64,000 nucleotides of DNA from Octopus sinensis (GCF_006345805.1 NC_043008.1:16492001-16556000); one strand, 5' to 3'. Positions 14,338-29,222 are shown, counted from the first letter of the stretch. Translations and numbers: made by a program. Notes: generated by a model not told the origin, from the letters alone.

Positions 14338-17078
14338 ACAGCTCTTATAATAATGAAAGTAACCATCGATAAGTAAGCGGGAAGTTACTTCTAAGCTGAA
14401 ATTGCGAAGCATTTTCACTTCATGGATGAAAAACATCATTTTATTTACATCAGTTGATAACCTTCGGGAATGACTGATGAAACAATTTTCAGTTTTCTCT
14501 TCATGCAGAACGTAGAAACATTTCCATCTAATTGAATAAACTGGAAAATATCGCAGAGAATGTGTGATAAGCTCTAGTTCCACCGCTAAAGCGAAGCGAC
14601 TCAATTCCCTGATGAAACCAACCCAATACATTTATGTAGCCATAGGGAAATGCATATAAGTTGTGTATATCGCTTTTACATATTACTGAAGTTAGAGAGA
14701 GTGTTTGTACACTTAAAAAGAATAAATGGAATCAGTCAAGCTGTTGAAAACAACATCTAAATTTGACACCATTCTTTAAGCTAAATGTCATAGAATATAA
14801 AAGTTGAATCGACTTTGATCAGACATAATAATATTAAAGATGGAACAGTATTTTAAATGATGAAAATTCACTATATAAATAACGTATTACTTTATATGGT
14901 AGTTTAAACGGCATGTTTTAGTGTTTTAATCAGCAACCATTCATAACCCAAGCTGTGTGTTTTTGATACACGGAAGATAAATGACAAGTTAGACCTCGAA
15001 GTGATCATTTATCTGCCTTGGAGGCAGATTGCGATAATAATAAGAGGGTTTAACTCATCTATATAATAATTGTTTTGAAGTTTTAGAAAAAGATATAGAT
15101 ATACATGTATATACATATGCATATACAAACATGCCTCTAAGCATTTTGCCCGTCCAGATTACTATTCCCGGCAGTTCGCCGCCTCAGTCCATATATATAA
15201 TATTACTCTCTCACCCAATCAAATAATACTGACTTGAATAACAATAATGTTAATTCATTCTACTTAAGGTACAGGGTCTAAAATTTTGGAGAAGAGATAT
15301 AGTCGACGACAGCCACTCCAGTGCTCGACTGGTATTTATTTTATCGACACAGCAGGAAAGACAATGTCAACCTCGGCCGAATTTGTATTCAAAACACAAA
15401 GACGGATAGACGGACGAAATGCCGCTAAGCTCCCACACATTCGATACAGAACGAAACACACACGCAAGAAACACGAATGCACCTAAATACACATAAACAA
15501 GCACCGACACGTATGTTTATATACATTCATTCATACATGTGTACATGATACAAACATAGATAGATGGACAGATAGATATGTTTCTTTATTACCCACACAG
15601 GGCTGCACACAGACGGGACAGATTACAAAGTAGAGCTTTTCTTTTGGGGGAGAAAAAAAAGTGGGGTAGGGTTTTCGATCGAAAGGGATCGTAAAAGGGA
15701 AAGAGAAAAAAGAAAAAAGAAAGTAAAAAAGAAAGAAAAACGATAAATAGTGATCGTAGATAGATCGATAGATTGATAGATAAATAGAGAGATATATAGA
15801 TAGATATACAGATAAATAGATAGATAGATAGATATATACATACATACATACATACATACATGCATACATACATACATACATACTGGCTTTGTTCAAATCA
15901 AGATGTCGAAATTTTACCCGTGCTCAATCTGAGTACACTAGTGAATCATAGAATTTACCCCTTCCGCCCCCTCCTGTCCATACAAACAAAAAATGGTCAA
16001 ATCTGAAGATGTAACATCTTCACACATGCTCCAAGCGAATGAAGTATGTGCCAACTATTTTTACAATTAATCTCTTCAAAGTTGGATCAAAACATATCTA
16101 CGGTGTGTGGCCATGAGCTGTCATGATGGGAAACGAACAATGGCATCCATTCGACTGAACGATAAAAAAGTGCTACTCCTACATTTTTTCACTCGGTCCT
16201 TTGAATTATTCTCAGTACATTTGAAGTGTAAGATTTTAATTAAGTGGTAGATTTTTCGAAGTAAATAAAACACCTATTATATCCTAACAAACGGACAACA
16301 CAGAATTCTTTTTTTCAAGATATTACCTAGTTTGCTGGCCCGAATTGGTAGAAACTGTGATTATTCTGAGTGAAAAGCTATTCAAGTTTTGGTATTCACT
16401 TTCACAGAATCAATTAGCCAAAATTAGGCACCGTACCAAGTTTTCGCAAATGATGATGGCCCATAAATAATGAGGAATTAAGCATTTTTGCAACATAGTT
16501 ACATTTTTTTTAAAGCGCTGCCGGCAGATATTCTTCATAAAGATGTGACGCCCACAGTGATGAGAAATATTCGAGAAAATTCTTTTTGGAAATTTTCGGC
16601 AATACTTTTGGCAGTTTCTCTCATTGAAAACAATTCAAATATATATAATGATTCTAAATTTTGTACAGGAGTGTTTGTGCCACATTCATTTCTTTTGATC
16701 ATATAAAGCATATTTTTTATATGCCCTTGTTAACCTCAAAAGTTGCTTTGGGTTAAACAAGCATTAATTAATGTACAGTTTGAAGGATGATGGTCACGTT
16801 TAGAATTCAGTTTCGTTTGTGTGTGTGTAGCAATGTTAAGGAAATGTATAAACATTGCTTTATCACAAAGCGATAAAAACTTGAAAGAGATGAATTACCA
16901 AGAAGCAATATTTGTCTGACTTCTTATATATGTGCTTACAAAAGTATGCTTATGTACACACAGACACGAACACAAACACAAGACATATTTATATGCATGC
17001 ACACGCACGAACACGCACACACACCTAGGTATGTTTCAGACATTCTTGACAGATAGAATGCGGTGATGCCGAAATATA

Positions 17079-17178
<100 letters not shown>

Positions 17179-17202
17179 GTATATATATATATATATAATA
17201 TA

Positions 17203-17246
<44 letters not shown>

Positions 17247-18021
17247 ATATATATATATATATATATATGTAGGTATATGCATAATACGAAATTTGTTGTT
17301 ATATGCAATACTTTTATACTCAGTAAGAAAATTATATATTCTCCTTATATTTCTTCATTCTAGTTATTTCTTTATGCATTATATAAAAAGCATTCTTCTC
17401 TCTCTTACCTCATTCCAAGTTGCAAGTGATACATTTTGAAAACGGAAGTTCATTTTCATAATTGTTTTTTAATATTTGTTCATAGGTCACGATATAAATA
17501 TAATTCGTATTTTATATAAGTTTATAATCACTTACGTTTCTCATATACATATGCACAAAGGAAATAAAAATATTTTTCTAAGTTTTGCAATGACTGTTCC
17601 ACAAAAATGCAGGGGTTTATATGAAATGAGTAGCTATCATTTCTCTTCCCTATTGCTGTTGTATATAATACACACACACACCCTCTCTCTCTCACACGCA
17701 CCCACTCACACACACACGCACGCAAGCGCGAGCATTCTAGGCTCATTAGACTATTCTGTCTGTAATTGGCTAAACGCCTGAAGTAGATTTATTGCAGGTA
17801 ACCAATTCTCAGTGAGTAATGGTCTCCCATTCAAAGTATGCGACACAAAATATTCTATAGATATATGTAACGCACGCACAAACAGACAGACAGACACACA
17901 CACACACATACAGAGAGGGTAAAATAATGATACGTATAGATATAAGTCTGTGTGCACTTACACGTCTCCACGCATGTGAATATAAACACATACACACAAA
18001 AAAGAATATATATATATGTAT

Positions 18022-18061
<40 letters not shown>

Positions 18062-18158
18062 ATATATATATGTTTGTATGTGTGTGTGAGTATGTAAATA
18101 TATATACATGTGTAAATATTTATATATCATATATATATATCTATATCTACCTATCTAC

Positions 18159-18223
<65 letters not shown>

Positions 18224-18789
18224 CGTATGAATATATATAATTGTGTGTATATATACATATATATCTGTATATAATATATCTACAAATACACATGCACACA
18301 CAGACACACACACAAAAACACACCCACATACTCACACACACCCACCCACACACGTACGCATGCGCGCGCGCTCATACATATAGAGCCAAATATCAAAGAT
18401 TTTATCAGTTTTTCTCCGTTGTGTTTTCCTACCTGGCGTCTGTCCCGCAAGACAAGTTTTGCTATAATGTCAATACCTCTCCAAACACACCGACCCCTCG
18501 CCATGTAAATATCGCCAGTTTTGCTTTCCTTTCCTTAATTCCATGTCTTCTTTCTTTCTCCTTCTTTCCTTTCTTCAATTTCTCCTCATTCTTCCTTAGA
18601 CTATTCGGTTTTTTTCGTTTCACTGTTGTCTTCTGATTTTCTTTCATTCCTAATCTGATCTTCATGTCATATCGCCGCATCTGCTGTAATTTCTTTTTTT
18701 TTGTATTTTCTGTTTTCTTTCTTATTTTCTCTTGATTAATTTCTGTAAGCAACAGATAATATCTCATCTCCAGTTCCCATAAAGTTTTT

Positions 18790-19125
18790 CTTGTTTTCTT
18801 CTTGTGCTTGTTCTTGTTCTTCTCTTCCTCCTCCCCTCCTCCTCCTCCTCCTCCTCCTCCTCCTCCTCCTGTTTCTTCTTCTTCTTCTACTTCTTCTACT
18901 TGTTGTTGTTGCTCTTCTTGTTCTTGTTCTTGTCCTTGTTGTTGTTGTTGTTGTTCTTCTTCTTCTTCTTCTTCTTCTTCTTTTTCTTCTTCTCCTCCTT
19001 CCCCTTCTTCTTCTTCTTCTTCTCCTTCATCATCACCATCATAATCATCATCATATTCCTATTCTTCTCCTTGTACTACTCGTTTTCTTTTTTTTTTCTC
19101 TTCTTTTTCAGCATCATTATCATCA
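18790..19125. repeat. pyrimidine-rich compound trinucleotide array (CCT/CTT/GTT)
   Basis: Seen directly. Confidence 0.9.
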
Positions 19126-19669
19126 TTACGAAGGCTGCGAGCGAGAAGAATTCACTTAGCCCCTCAACCGAAATTGCTGGCTTTGTGCCAAAATTTGAAA
19201 CCATTGCTGTTGCACTTCAACTACTACTACTATTACTACTACTACTACTACTACTAATACTACTACTACTACTAGCAGTAGCAGTGGCTGCACCACATCA
19301 GTAATATCCTTATGAGAAAGAAATGGAGGAGGTGGAAGATGTTGAGGAAGAAAATCGTATACAATGAATTACTGCTCCAGCATAACAGGCTTTGCTACTA
19401 AGATACTCACTGTCAAAGGAAAGCAGCTTCAGTGACAACGCCACTCAGAGACACATCCCATCCCACTGACTGTCAGTCATTACTCCCGCTGTTATAGTGA
19501 CACATTCATCTGCGTTCCTTTTGTCACCTCTATTCTTTACTCCCAGTATCAGCAATTATCATTTCGACCGCTCATGCCTCTGACCAATGTTAATCCTATG
19601 AAATGTCTTCTTCACATATTTTTCTCTGCTTTTTTTACTCCTTTTGTGTTTTTGCTTTTGTCATTGTAC

Positions 19670-19902
19670 CTATTTCTTTATTACCCACAAGGGGCTAAAC
19701 ATAGAGGGGACAAACATGGACATACATAGGTATTAAGTCGATTATATCGACATCAGTGCGTGACTGGTACTTAATTTATCGACCCCGAAAGGATGGAAGG
19801 CAAAGTCGACCTCAGCGGAATTTGAACTCGCAACGCTGCGCCAGACGAAATACCGCTAAGCATTTCGCCCGGCACGCTAACGTTTCTGCCAGCTCGCCGC
19901 CT
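19670..19902 (-). mobile_element. tRNA-derived SINE, family C (Meta-domain-like), full length
   Basis: Head GGCGGCGAGCTGGCAGAAACGTTAGC and central GCCTTCCATCCTTTCGGGGTCGATAAATTAAGTACCAG. 14-bp TSD TTTTGTCATTGTAC at 19656-19669 and 19905-19918. Confidence 0.9.
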
Positions 19903-20244
19903 GTTTTTGTCATTGTACTGATGAATGGACGTCTTGCTGTTGTGAAACTGTTATGTCGCACGTTCGGATGCTTTCTACTCAACTCGACTTTACTCTCTAC
20001 TCTGTTCAAGTTTCTACTACTCTACTGACGTCTAAGATTTTCCATCTATATCTACGTATTGAGCTAGCCTACTTCATCGTCTGAGGGCGTCCTCACAACA
20101 GAAACTCAACGCCATCGACGGATCTGAGAATGCCAAGACCATAACAATTTTTACTAGATAAAAATAAATGAAAATTTAATAGAAAAAGTGTAGTGGTGCA
20201 GACGCCATTTTTTGTCTGACAATATTTAGTTACATCGCGGCATG

Positions 20245-20430
20245 GCTGTGTGATGAGCCCATGGTTCCAGATTCAACTCCGGATTAACTAAAGCCTTGCG
20301 AATAGATATGGTAGACCGGAACTGAAAGAAGCCTGTCGTATATATTTATATTCGTGTCGTCGTGTTTGTGTTTATCTCCAACCACCTCTTAACAGCCGAC
20401 TTAGGTATGTTTACGGTTCCGTTGTGGTTT
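20245..20430 (+). mobile_element. family B SINE fragment, diverged
   Basis: ggctgtgtg...ggtagaccggaactgaaagaagcctgtcgtata. Confidence 0.65.
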
Positions 20431-21483
20431 ATCAAAATGAATCTCATAAAATAAAATCCAGGTTTAGAAAAATGAAATTACTGGGGGTAATTTAAACAAG
20501 TAAAAAGTAATTTAAACAAGTAAAAAGAGAAGATAACAGTTCTCTTAAAATATAATCGACTTTGCATTTTTCTAAATGTCTGCGAGAGCGATAATCTTAT
20601 TATCTCCCCTTATGAACAGAAAACGTTACTTTCCAAAATACACAATAACAATGTAAGTGAGTAAAGCGAAGACTGTGAAGATTCAATATAGTAACTTTCT
20701 ATATAATATTTGTATAGAACGCTACACGTTGTCTTCCATCTTTACTAACACACTGATTCAACAATTCTCATCCTCTTTAATTATTATTTCATTTATTTTC
20801 TCCTAGGCATCTACACATTTAGCTCGGTATAATTAATTTTAGATTTTAAAGATTTATTGCCGCACCTATGATAGGTTTTTGCACTATAACTCTTGTATTA
20901 AGATGCCGAATCGCAGCCTAAGCTGATTACTATAAAGTCTTCCATAAATCATTTAAAGAAATAAATTACATACCCATAAGAATTGAAATATTGGAAGGAG
21001 CTTTTCTAATTATTTTATTGTTTAATCACGGATCGATTTGCTTTTGCATAGATAATACTTATATAATATTTGCATGTCCTCCGGGATTTCAATTCTCGTC
21101 GTATGTCTCCTGTCATCTACAGCTTGATAACTTAATCAAAAATATATATTTATCTGGTTTCTACATCGCTGACGCTGCAATTCAATGACATTTTGAAATT
21201 TCAAGTTCTGTTATTAATATATATATATTACAAATACTCAGCTAGTTGAGAGGTTTTCGTAAGACAAGGTTATATTTTCATCAAGTTTGTTTACGTGTGT
21301 CGCTGTTATATATGCCTAAAGAAAAACAAAATATGAATCCATCTACACTCATAATAATGATCAGTAAAGTTTGTGGAATATATTGCGAAAAATTACTGCA
21401 CAACGAAGCACGGTTATAAGTAATTACTGTTTGAAGAATATTTCGGAAAAGAGTGCATTTATGTTTTAATATAATTAATGTAG

Positions 21484-21701
21484 TAAGGCAGCGAGCTGGC
21501 AGCATCTTTAGAAACTCCAAGCAAAATGCGAAAAGGCATTTCGTCCGTCTTTACGTTCTGAGTTCAAATTTCGCCTAGGTAGACTTTGTATTTCTTTTTT
21601 TGGTGGGGGGATAGAATACAGAGCAGCTGAACACTGGGGTCGATGTAATCGACTTAGCCTCCTCCTCCGACTTGCTGGCCTTGTGCCAAAGCGTGAAACC
21701 A
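21484..21701 (+). mobile_element. family C-related SINE with an alternative 3' tail
   Basis: Head aaggcagcgagctggcag and B-box-like gagttcaaat. Its tail ctggccttgtgccaaagcgtgaaacca is also seen at about 19175-19203. Confidence 0.75.
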
Positions 21702-22384
21702 ATATAATTAATTCAATGATAACTCTTTTTCATCTATACTAAATACAACTATATGATGGTCAATCACAGGGGAGACTTTTTAAAAGATATCCAAAAGATT
21801 TTTAGATTTTACAGGTAAGAAAGCTTCATGAAATATATATTATATAAGGATACAGTAGCTTTACCTTTATATATTATTCTTGAACATTCATTTTTAGTGT
21901 TTCTAATTGGGTTTAGCTGTGTATACAAATATAATTAGCCTTGCTCAAAGATGCACAAAACAGAATTGTTCGTAAAATTCGTAAATAGAATGTATGTAAT
22001 ATGTAAGAAATTCGACATTACTCTCTGTCTTGCATTGCTGAAGATTATACTGTTATATACAGCAAGCAACAGATATTTCTACTTCTTGTTTCTTGTGTAT
22101 GTAGAGGAATTCTCACTACTCAATAATTGCAGTAGAGGCCAGGAACCATTAAAATTTTAGCTAATGAAATCCAGGGCTCTATCGACAGTACAGATTGTGA
22201 ATTTCTTTAATGAGTATACAGAAGAGGGAAATAAAATAATCTAAAAGGAGAATTGAAAACCTGCTCCGGAATCGGTTCACTGGCATCTTACCTTCACTTT
22301 TCTATGCTCGTGAGCATTTTGGAAAAAGAAGTATCAAAAATTCTTTATTGTCATTATTAATTGGGAACAGTTTTTTGTTTGGTT

Positions 22385-22518
22385 TCAGCTTTTGATAATC
22401 TTAACTGCGATAAATTTAGTATCAGCTTTTGAGCTTTTGATAATCTCAGCTTTTCAGCTTTTGAACTTTTGATAATTTTCGGCTTTTGATAATCTTAATT
22501 GCGATAAAATTGCTTTTT
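22385..22518. repeat. degenerate minisatellite built from (C)AGCTTTTGATAATCT units
   Basis: About seven imperfect copies of the gcttttga core, with the longer unit ttttgataatcttaa(c/t)tgcgataaa present twice. Confidence 0.8.
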
Positions 22519-23049
22519 GGGGGTCTCATAGCAAATGACTTTAGTATGAAAAGTAGCTATAAAATACTTGCTGTTAAAAAATTTTCTACTTGATAATTTA
22601 TTTGATCTCACATTCCTGTCTCTCTTATTTCGTCTCGAAAAGAATACTTTTCTAAGATGATGACAATATAAATTAATTGTTCAATGTAATGAAACACAAT
22701 ATGATCCTGTATTACAAAACCTTGAGTTCCAGGAATATTCTCTTGTTGCCATAGCGACATTTCATCAGAAGACACGACATTGTTGCATAATATAAAACAA
22801 AAAGAACAGTACCAACAAGATCAGCTGCAACAATAAGAGCATTAATACGAGCAAGGAATAACAACAACAACGACAACAACTACAGAAGCAGCAATAACAA
22901 CAACAACAATAACAAAATGAACTGACGAATGCTAAAGCAACGAACATTGTAAGCTAATCAGAAAAAAAAAATACAAACAAATAGCGAGAGAAGATTAAAT
23001 TTAAAATTGCGTAATAATAACTAAATGAGAGTCAACAGAACAATCCTTA

Positions 23050-24300
23050 AAACAAAAGAGAGATATAATACATATGCTCAAAGAAACACTCTCGGCATTT
23101 CATTTATATGCATACAATATTTGTTATGGCCACATAATATGTGGTGTTGGAGATGGCAGAAGGTTAGAGGACACAGCTAAGAAACCAGCAATAAAGGTGT
23201 TTTTCGTGACTCTAAAACGAGAGAAGATAATGAGAGAAAATTACTATAGAATGTGTTCGCGAAGTTTCTTTATAGTTAATAGATACAGGAAGCTATTACA
23301 GAATATGTGAAAGCGGTTCAAAGGGGAAAACTTACAGCAGGAGTGAAAACGGAGTTAGTTAAATCAGATTCGTTAAATATCTGTAGGAGAATGTGAGGGG
23401 AAAGAGCATTTGCAAAGATCAAGTACGGATTGTTAAGAATAAAAACCTGGCACAGGGAAACGACAAAGGAACATACAAGACAATAGGAAAAACACAGAAC
23501 AGACACGGACACGTTCCATCCCTCATCAGATATCGACCAAATATCACCGCAATGGCGACACCTCGGATAATATTGTTAAATTTGATGGCGTCAGCTTCAT
23601 AAACTGCTGGGGTGGGAATTAGCGAATATGGAAGACCAACATGAACAGAAAAATTTAGGCGTGTACCATAAAAGAATATATTAGGCTTCACCACCGGACG
23701 GTAAATAAAGTCGAGGTATGAGCAGAATGAAACAGAACTATTTATTAAGAGTAAGGCAACTTAAATATAATTTAAATGATATTCAGGATAAGTAACAATA
23801 TTGAATAAATAAATATACTAACGGTTAGAGATAAATGTAAAGGGGAAAATAAAGCATTTTTATAATAAATACTATGAAATGTCAGAAATGTTAAATAGTT
23901 ATTAATTTGTTAAGAGTTGGAAATTTTAGGAGTTGGAAATGTTAGGAGAAGGTCAATGTCAATAAGATTTTTTCGGGAATAGTAACTATAGAAGAAACTT
24001 AACGAAAATTGAGAGGATTCTGTGAAGAAAGAAATGATGTAAGAAAAGTGTGCGGGAGTAGTTCTTAATTATTTTTATTGGAGAAATATGGGAAGACTAA
24101 ACACTTTAAAATCAAAATGTATGGAGCGATGAAAGTTAAAAGAAACTGGAATTTTTTTGCAAATATTAGATTACATTTGGCAAGCAATGAAATCATTCAA
24201 AGGATTATAAGAAGCTGTTCGTCCTGAACTTCTAAATTTTACAAGAGAAATACAAATCTAAATGTTTGGTAAAAACTAGTGATGCCACGCTAGTTGTGTA
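23050..24300 (-). mobile_element. possible decayed L1/Tx1-like LINE 3' portion
   Basis: Interrupted minus-frame peptides LTFIAPYILILKCLVFP and QYYPRCRHCGD resemble the post-RT region and C-terminal zinc knuckle of L1-clade ORF2. Many stops and frameshifts. Confidence 0.4.
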
Positions 24301-25052
24301 GTAAAATAACGTCAAATTCACCGCCAGTGACATCGCACAGTGTTTGACGAACGCTAATCATAGTTATAATTGTTTAGTCTTAAGTCGACTTTGATTCAGC
24401 AGATTTATAAACTGACACATTCTAGTCACGTGCACTCCACATGTTCATGGATATCCCAGCGTATATTTTCCGATATATTCATTTCTTCTTCAAGAAGATG
24501 GAATCCGATATGAGCACTAATTTTCTTTAATTTCCAAAAAGTCGAGCAATCTCATACACGCAGATTGCTCGATCGTAATTATATAGAACATTTTGCACCA
24601 TATGTAATTAAAAGAAATGTATTTAAACGCTGATTTAACACTGATGTTTACTGAGTCTACTAATTTCAGAAAGTTCATACAATTTGTATTTTACTCTATC
24701 GCATGACAGATATCAAAAATGTGGAATTATGAAAAAACACGTCAATTCACAAATTTCCCTCTTATATCAAAAACGCATTCTACGTTTGAGGAAATGATGG
24801 TATTACTGCGTAAGTCCTATGATGACTAATCTATTGATAGATATTTGATGTATGTAAGTTTGGACACTTAATATGAGGTATGGAGTCAACCCGTGACCAA
24901 ATAGATAGAAATTTATACGATCATAACAAGTGTCGGTTGTCTCTACTTCATGTAACCGAACCGATTTGAGGGTATAATTTATTCTATAAATACTATTTTA
25001 CGTATATGAAATATATATCTCAAGTATATACATATACATGCATACATATATG

Positions 25053-25084
<32 letters not shown>

Positions 25085-25341
25085 CTTTATTTAAATCAGC
25101 AGAAAATTCAACAAAACCTACTGGGGGGGGGGAGAAATGGAAAGCGGGAGAGAGAGGAAAAATTATTATACCATTTTCTTCACTTCTATTTTGAATATGT
25201 ATATGTGATATTTCCTTTGATAATATGTAATAGCTTATATATTTTGCTATCAAGGCATATAAATAATAAATTCTGAAAACACTGATTAGCGCCAATATTA
25301 TTATTGTTATCATCATTATTATTATTATTATTATTATTATA

Positions 25342-25388
<47 letters not shown>

Positions 25389-26281
25389 GGGTGGTAGTAC
25401 ATTAGCAGGATCATTAAAGCATTGGCCAAAAGTCCTTTTGGTATTTAGCCCTAATTTTTACACTCTGTTGTTCAAATGCCATTCAAGTCTACTGGGATGG
25501 AAAAATAATGTTGCCGACAAGTACTTAGGCTCTTTGTCTCAATAACTCCCGCCATAAATGGTGTGGCCTTGCGCCTAATATTTTAATAATTACTAACGTT
25601 CTTATGAGTATCATTATCATTCTCATTACAAGTAGTGTATTTGCAGGAACGGTAGATTTACGCAGAAATCCCTTTATATTATATGCAGAATTACAATTTC
25701 TGTCACCTTTTCCTTTTGGGATAGATAAAATGAATATCTATTGAGTATTAACTAGCTATAATTGTCAATATATTTTCTCATCGTATGCGAAGACTTGTGC
25801 CTATATTAGAAAATTATTACTGCTGATACTATTGTCGAAAATTACCATAGTGTGCAACGCTGCATATTAACAGGAACATTTCAGAACCTGCAACATAATT
25901 ACACCATTTTATTCCATGAATTTAATTATTATTTAATCGACGTGGTATTTGTAAACCTTCATCTGAGATTTGATTATGCATGCGTTTGGCATGAACTGGA
26001 GTTATTTACTTGTTTCACAACCTTGTTAAGAATGTGTGAATTTGGTCTATTTTGCATATCAACGTTATACTGCTGTGTAGCAGACATGGCTGTGTGGTAA
26101 GAAGTTTGATTTCAAACCACATGGCTTTTAAATTCAGTCAAACTGCGTTAGTACCGTGGGTAAGTATCTTGTAGTGGAGTTCCGAGACTGTCAAGGCTTT
26201 TGAGTAGATTTGTGGATTTTGATAGACGGAAACTGAAATGTGTGTGTCCAGTATGAGTATGTGCGCGTGTGTGTGTGTGTG

Positions 26282-26318
<37 letters not shown>

Positions 26319-27378
26319 GTGTGTGTGTGTGTGTGTTTGCAACTTTGTATTTGTGCCTGTGCATCTTTCCGTTTGTGTCTCTCTTCTTAGCGTTTGTCAG
26401 CTGGTTTAGGTTTGTTAAAGCCCCTATAAATCAAAACTATCAATACAGAGGACCGATAGGATAAGTATTAAGCTTTTGCATTCGACTAAATTCCTTTCAC
26501 AGCGGCGCTCCAGCATGACCACAATCCAATGAGTGAAAGAAGTAAAATATATAAAAAAAATATATAAAATATATAAATATATAAAAAAAAAGATAATGGT
26601 GAAATATAATGTAAATTAAACAATACTGGATATTAAGCGTAAAGTGTAGGATCCGGTACCACATATTTAACCATCATAACTCACTCTTCGACTTCAAAAC
26701 CATCTTTAATCAGTATTATCTTCCATCTTTAAGAATTATTCTAATTAATATATGTAACATTTTAAATAAATTCGAGGATTTGTGATAAGCTCCTCAAAAA
26801 TGAGAGATAAGATGGCTGACCTTTTCGAAATACAAGAGCAGTAAATTACTAACCGCTCGTCCTTCATGGAAGATTTTAAGGTTTGATATCGTTTTGCATA
26901 GGTCCATGGATCAAAAAATAAAATATTCTGAAATATCTAGTCGACTATGCATTCTCCACACCATCTGTGTCTATATCTTTTGTCTATAACGGATGTAGTT
27001 TATTTTACAGAATAAATCAAATTTAAGGTATGTTAGCAGCTGTTAAAAAAATTTGCCTCTTCTTGTCTAAATTTATCTATCTATCTATCTACCTCTCTCT
27101 CTCTCTCTCTCTCCCTTATATATATATATATATATAATATATATATATATACTTTATTTAAATCAGCAGAAAATTGAACAAAACCTACTGGGGGGGGGAG
27201 AAATGGAAAGCGGGAGAGAGAGGAAAAATTATTATACCATTTTCTTCACTTCTATTTTGAATATGTATATGTGATATTTCCTTTGATAATATGTAATAGC
27301 TTATATATTTTGCTATCAAGGCATATAAATAATAAATTCTGAAAACACTGATTAGCGCCAATATTATTATTGTTATCA

Positions 27379-27453
<75 letters not shown>

Positions 27454-28342
27454 GGGTGGTAGTACATTAGCAGGATCATTAAAGCATTGGCCAAAAGTCC
27501 TTTTGGTATTTAGCCCTAATTTTTACACTCTGTTGTTCAAATGCCATTCAAGTCTACTGGGATGGAAAAATAATGTTGCCGACAAGTACTTAGGCTCTTT
27601 GTCTCAATAACTCCCGCCATAAATGGTGTGGCCTTGCGCCTAATATTTTAATAATTACTAACGTTCTTATGAGTATCATTATCATTCTCATTACAAGTAG
27701 TGTATTTGCAGGAACGGTAGATTTACGCAGAAATCCCTTTATATTATATGCAGAATTACAATTTCTGTCACCTTTTCCTTTTGGGATAGATAAAATGAAT
27801 ATCTATTGAGTATTAACTAGCTATAATTGTCAATATATTTTCTCATCGTATGCGAAGACTTGTGCCTATATTAGAAAATTATTACTGCTGATACTATTGT
27901 CGAAAATTACCATAGTGTGCAACGCTGCATATTAACAGGAACATTTCAGAACCTGCAACATAATTACACCATTTTATTCCATGAATTTAATTATTATTTA
28001 ATCGACGTGGTATTTGTAAACCTTCATCTGAGATTTGATTATGCATGCGTTTGGCATGAACTGGAGTTATTTACTTGTTTCACAACCTTGTTAAGAATGT
28101 GTGAATTTGGTCTATTTTGCATATCAACGTTATACTGCTGTGTAGCAGACATGGCTGTGTGGTAAGAAGTTTGATTTCAAACCACATGGCTTTTAAATTC
28201 AGTCAAACTGCGTTAGTACCGTGGGTAAGTATCTTGTAGTGGAGTTCCGAGACTGTCAAAGGCTTTTGAGTAGATTTGTGGATTTTGATAGACGGAAACT
28301 GAAATGTGTGTGTCCAGTATGAGTATGTGCGCGTGTGTGTGT

Positions 28343-28406
<64 letters not shown>

Positions 28407-29179
28407 AACTTTGTATTTGTGCCTGTGCATCTTTCCGTTTGTGTCTCTCTTCTTAGCGTTTGTCAGCTGGTTTAGGTTTGTTAAAGCCCCTATAAATCAA
28501 AACTATCAATACAGAGGACCGATAGGATAAGTATTAAGCTTTTGCATTCGACTAAATTCCTTTCACAGCGGCGCTCCAGCATGACCACAATCCAATGAGT
28601 GAAAGAAGTAAAATATATAAAAAAATATATAAAATATATAAATATATAAAAAAAAAGATAATGGTGAAATATAATGTAAATTAAACAATACTGGATATTA
28701 AGCGTAAAGTGTAGGATCCGGTACCACATATTTAACCATCATAACTCACTCTTCGACTTCAAAACCATCTTTAATCAGTATTATCTTCCATCTTTAAGAA
28801 TTATTCTAATTAATATATGTAACATTTTAAATAAATTCGAGGATTTGTGATAAGCTCCTCAAAAATGAGAGATAAGATGGCTGACCTTTTCGAAATACAA
28901 AGAGCAGTAAATTACTAACCGCTCGTCCTTCATGGAAGATTTTAAGGTTTGATATCGTTTTGCATAGGTCCATGGATCAAAAAATAAAATATTCTGAAAT
29001 ATCTAGTCGACTATGCATTCTCCACACCATCTGTGTCTATATCTTTTGTCTATAACGGATGTAGTTTATTTTACAGAATAAATCAAATTTAAGGTATGTT
29101 AGCAGCTGTTAAAAAAATTTGCCTCTTCTTGTCTAAATTTATCTATCTATCTATCTACCTCTCTCTCTCTCTCTCTCTC

Positions 29180-29183
<4 letters not shown>
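25085..29183. repeat. tandem duplication, 2 x about 2067 bp
   Basis: 25085-27117 is almost identical to 27152-29183. The junction and both ends lie in (TA)n tracts. Confidence 0.97.
26079..26546 (+). mobile_element. family B SINE, full length (second copy at about 28144-28612)
   Basis: Head gcagacatggctgtgtggtaagaag, internal (TG)n and tail gcggcgctccagcatgacc. Confidence 0.85.

Positions 29184-29222
<39 letters not shown>

Noticed and set aside
18462-18767. Lys-rich 101-aa minus-strand ORF
   Set aside because: It is the purine-rich low-complexity flank of a trinucleotide array, with no domain or splice support.
19915-19960. CTGATGA...GAAA...GTC motif
   Set aside because: Stems I, II and III do not pair.
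27917-28165. Identical 82-aa ORF present twice (also 25852-26100)
   Set aside because: It is a by-product of the tandem duplication, starts at GTG and runs into a SINE head.
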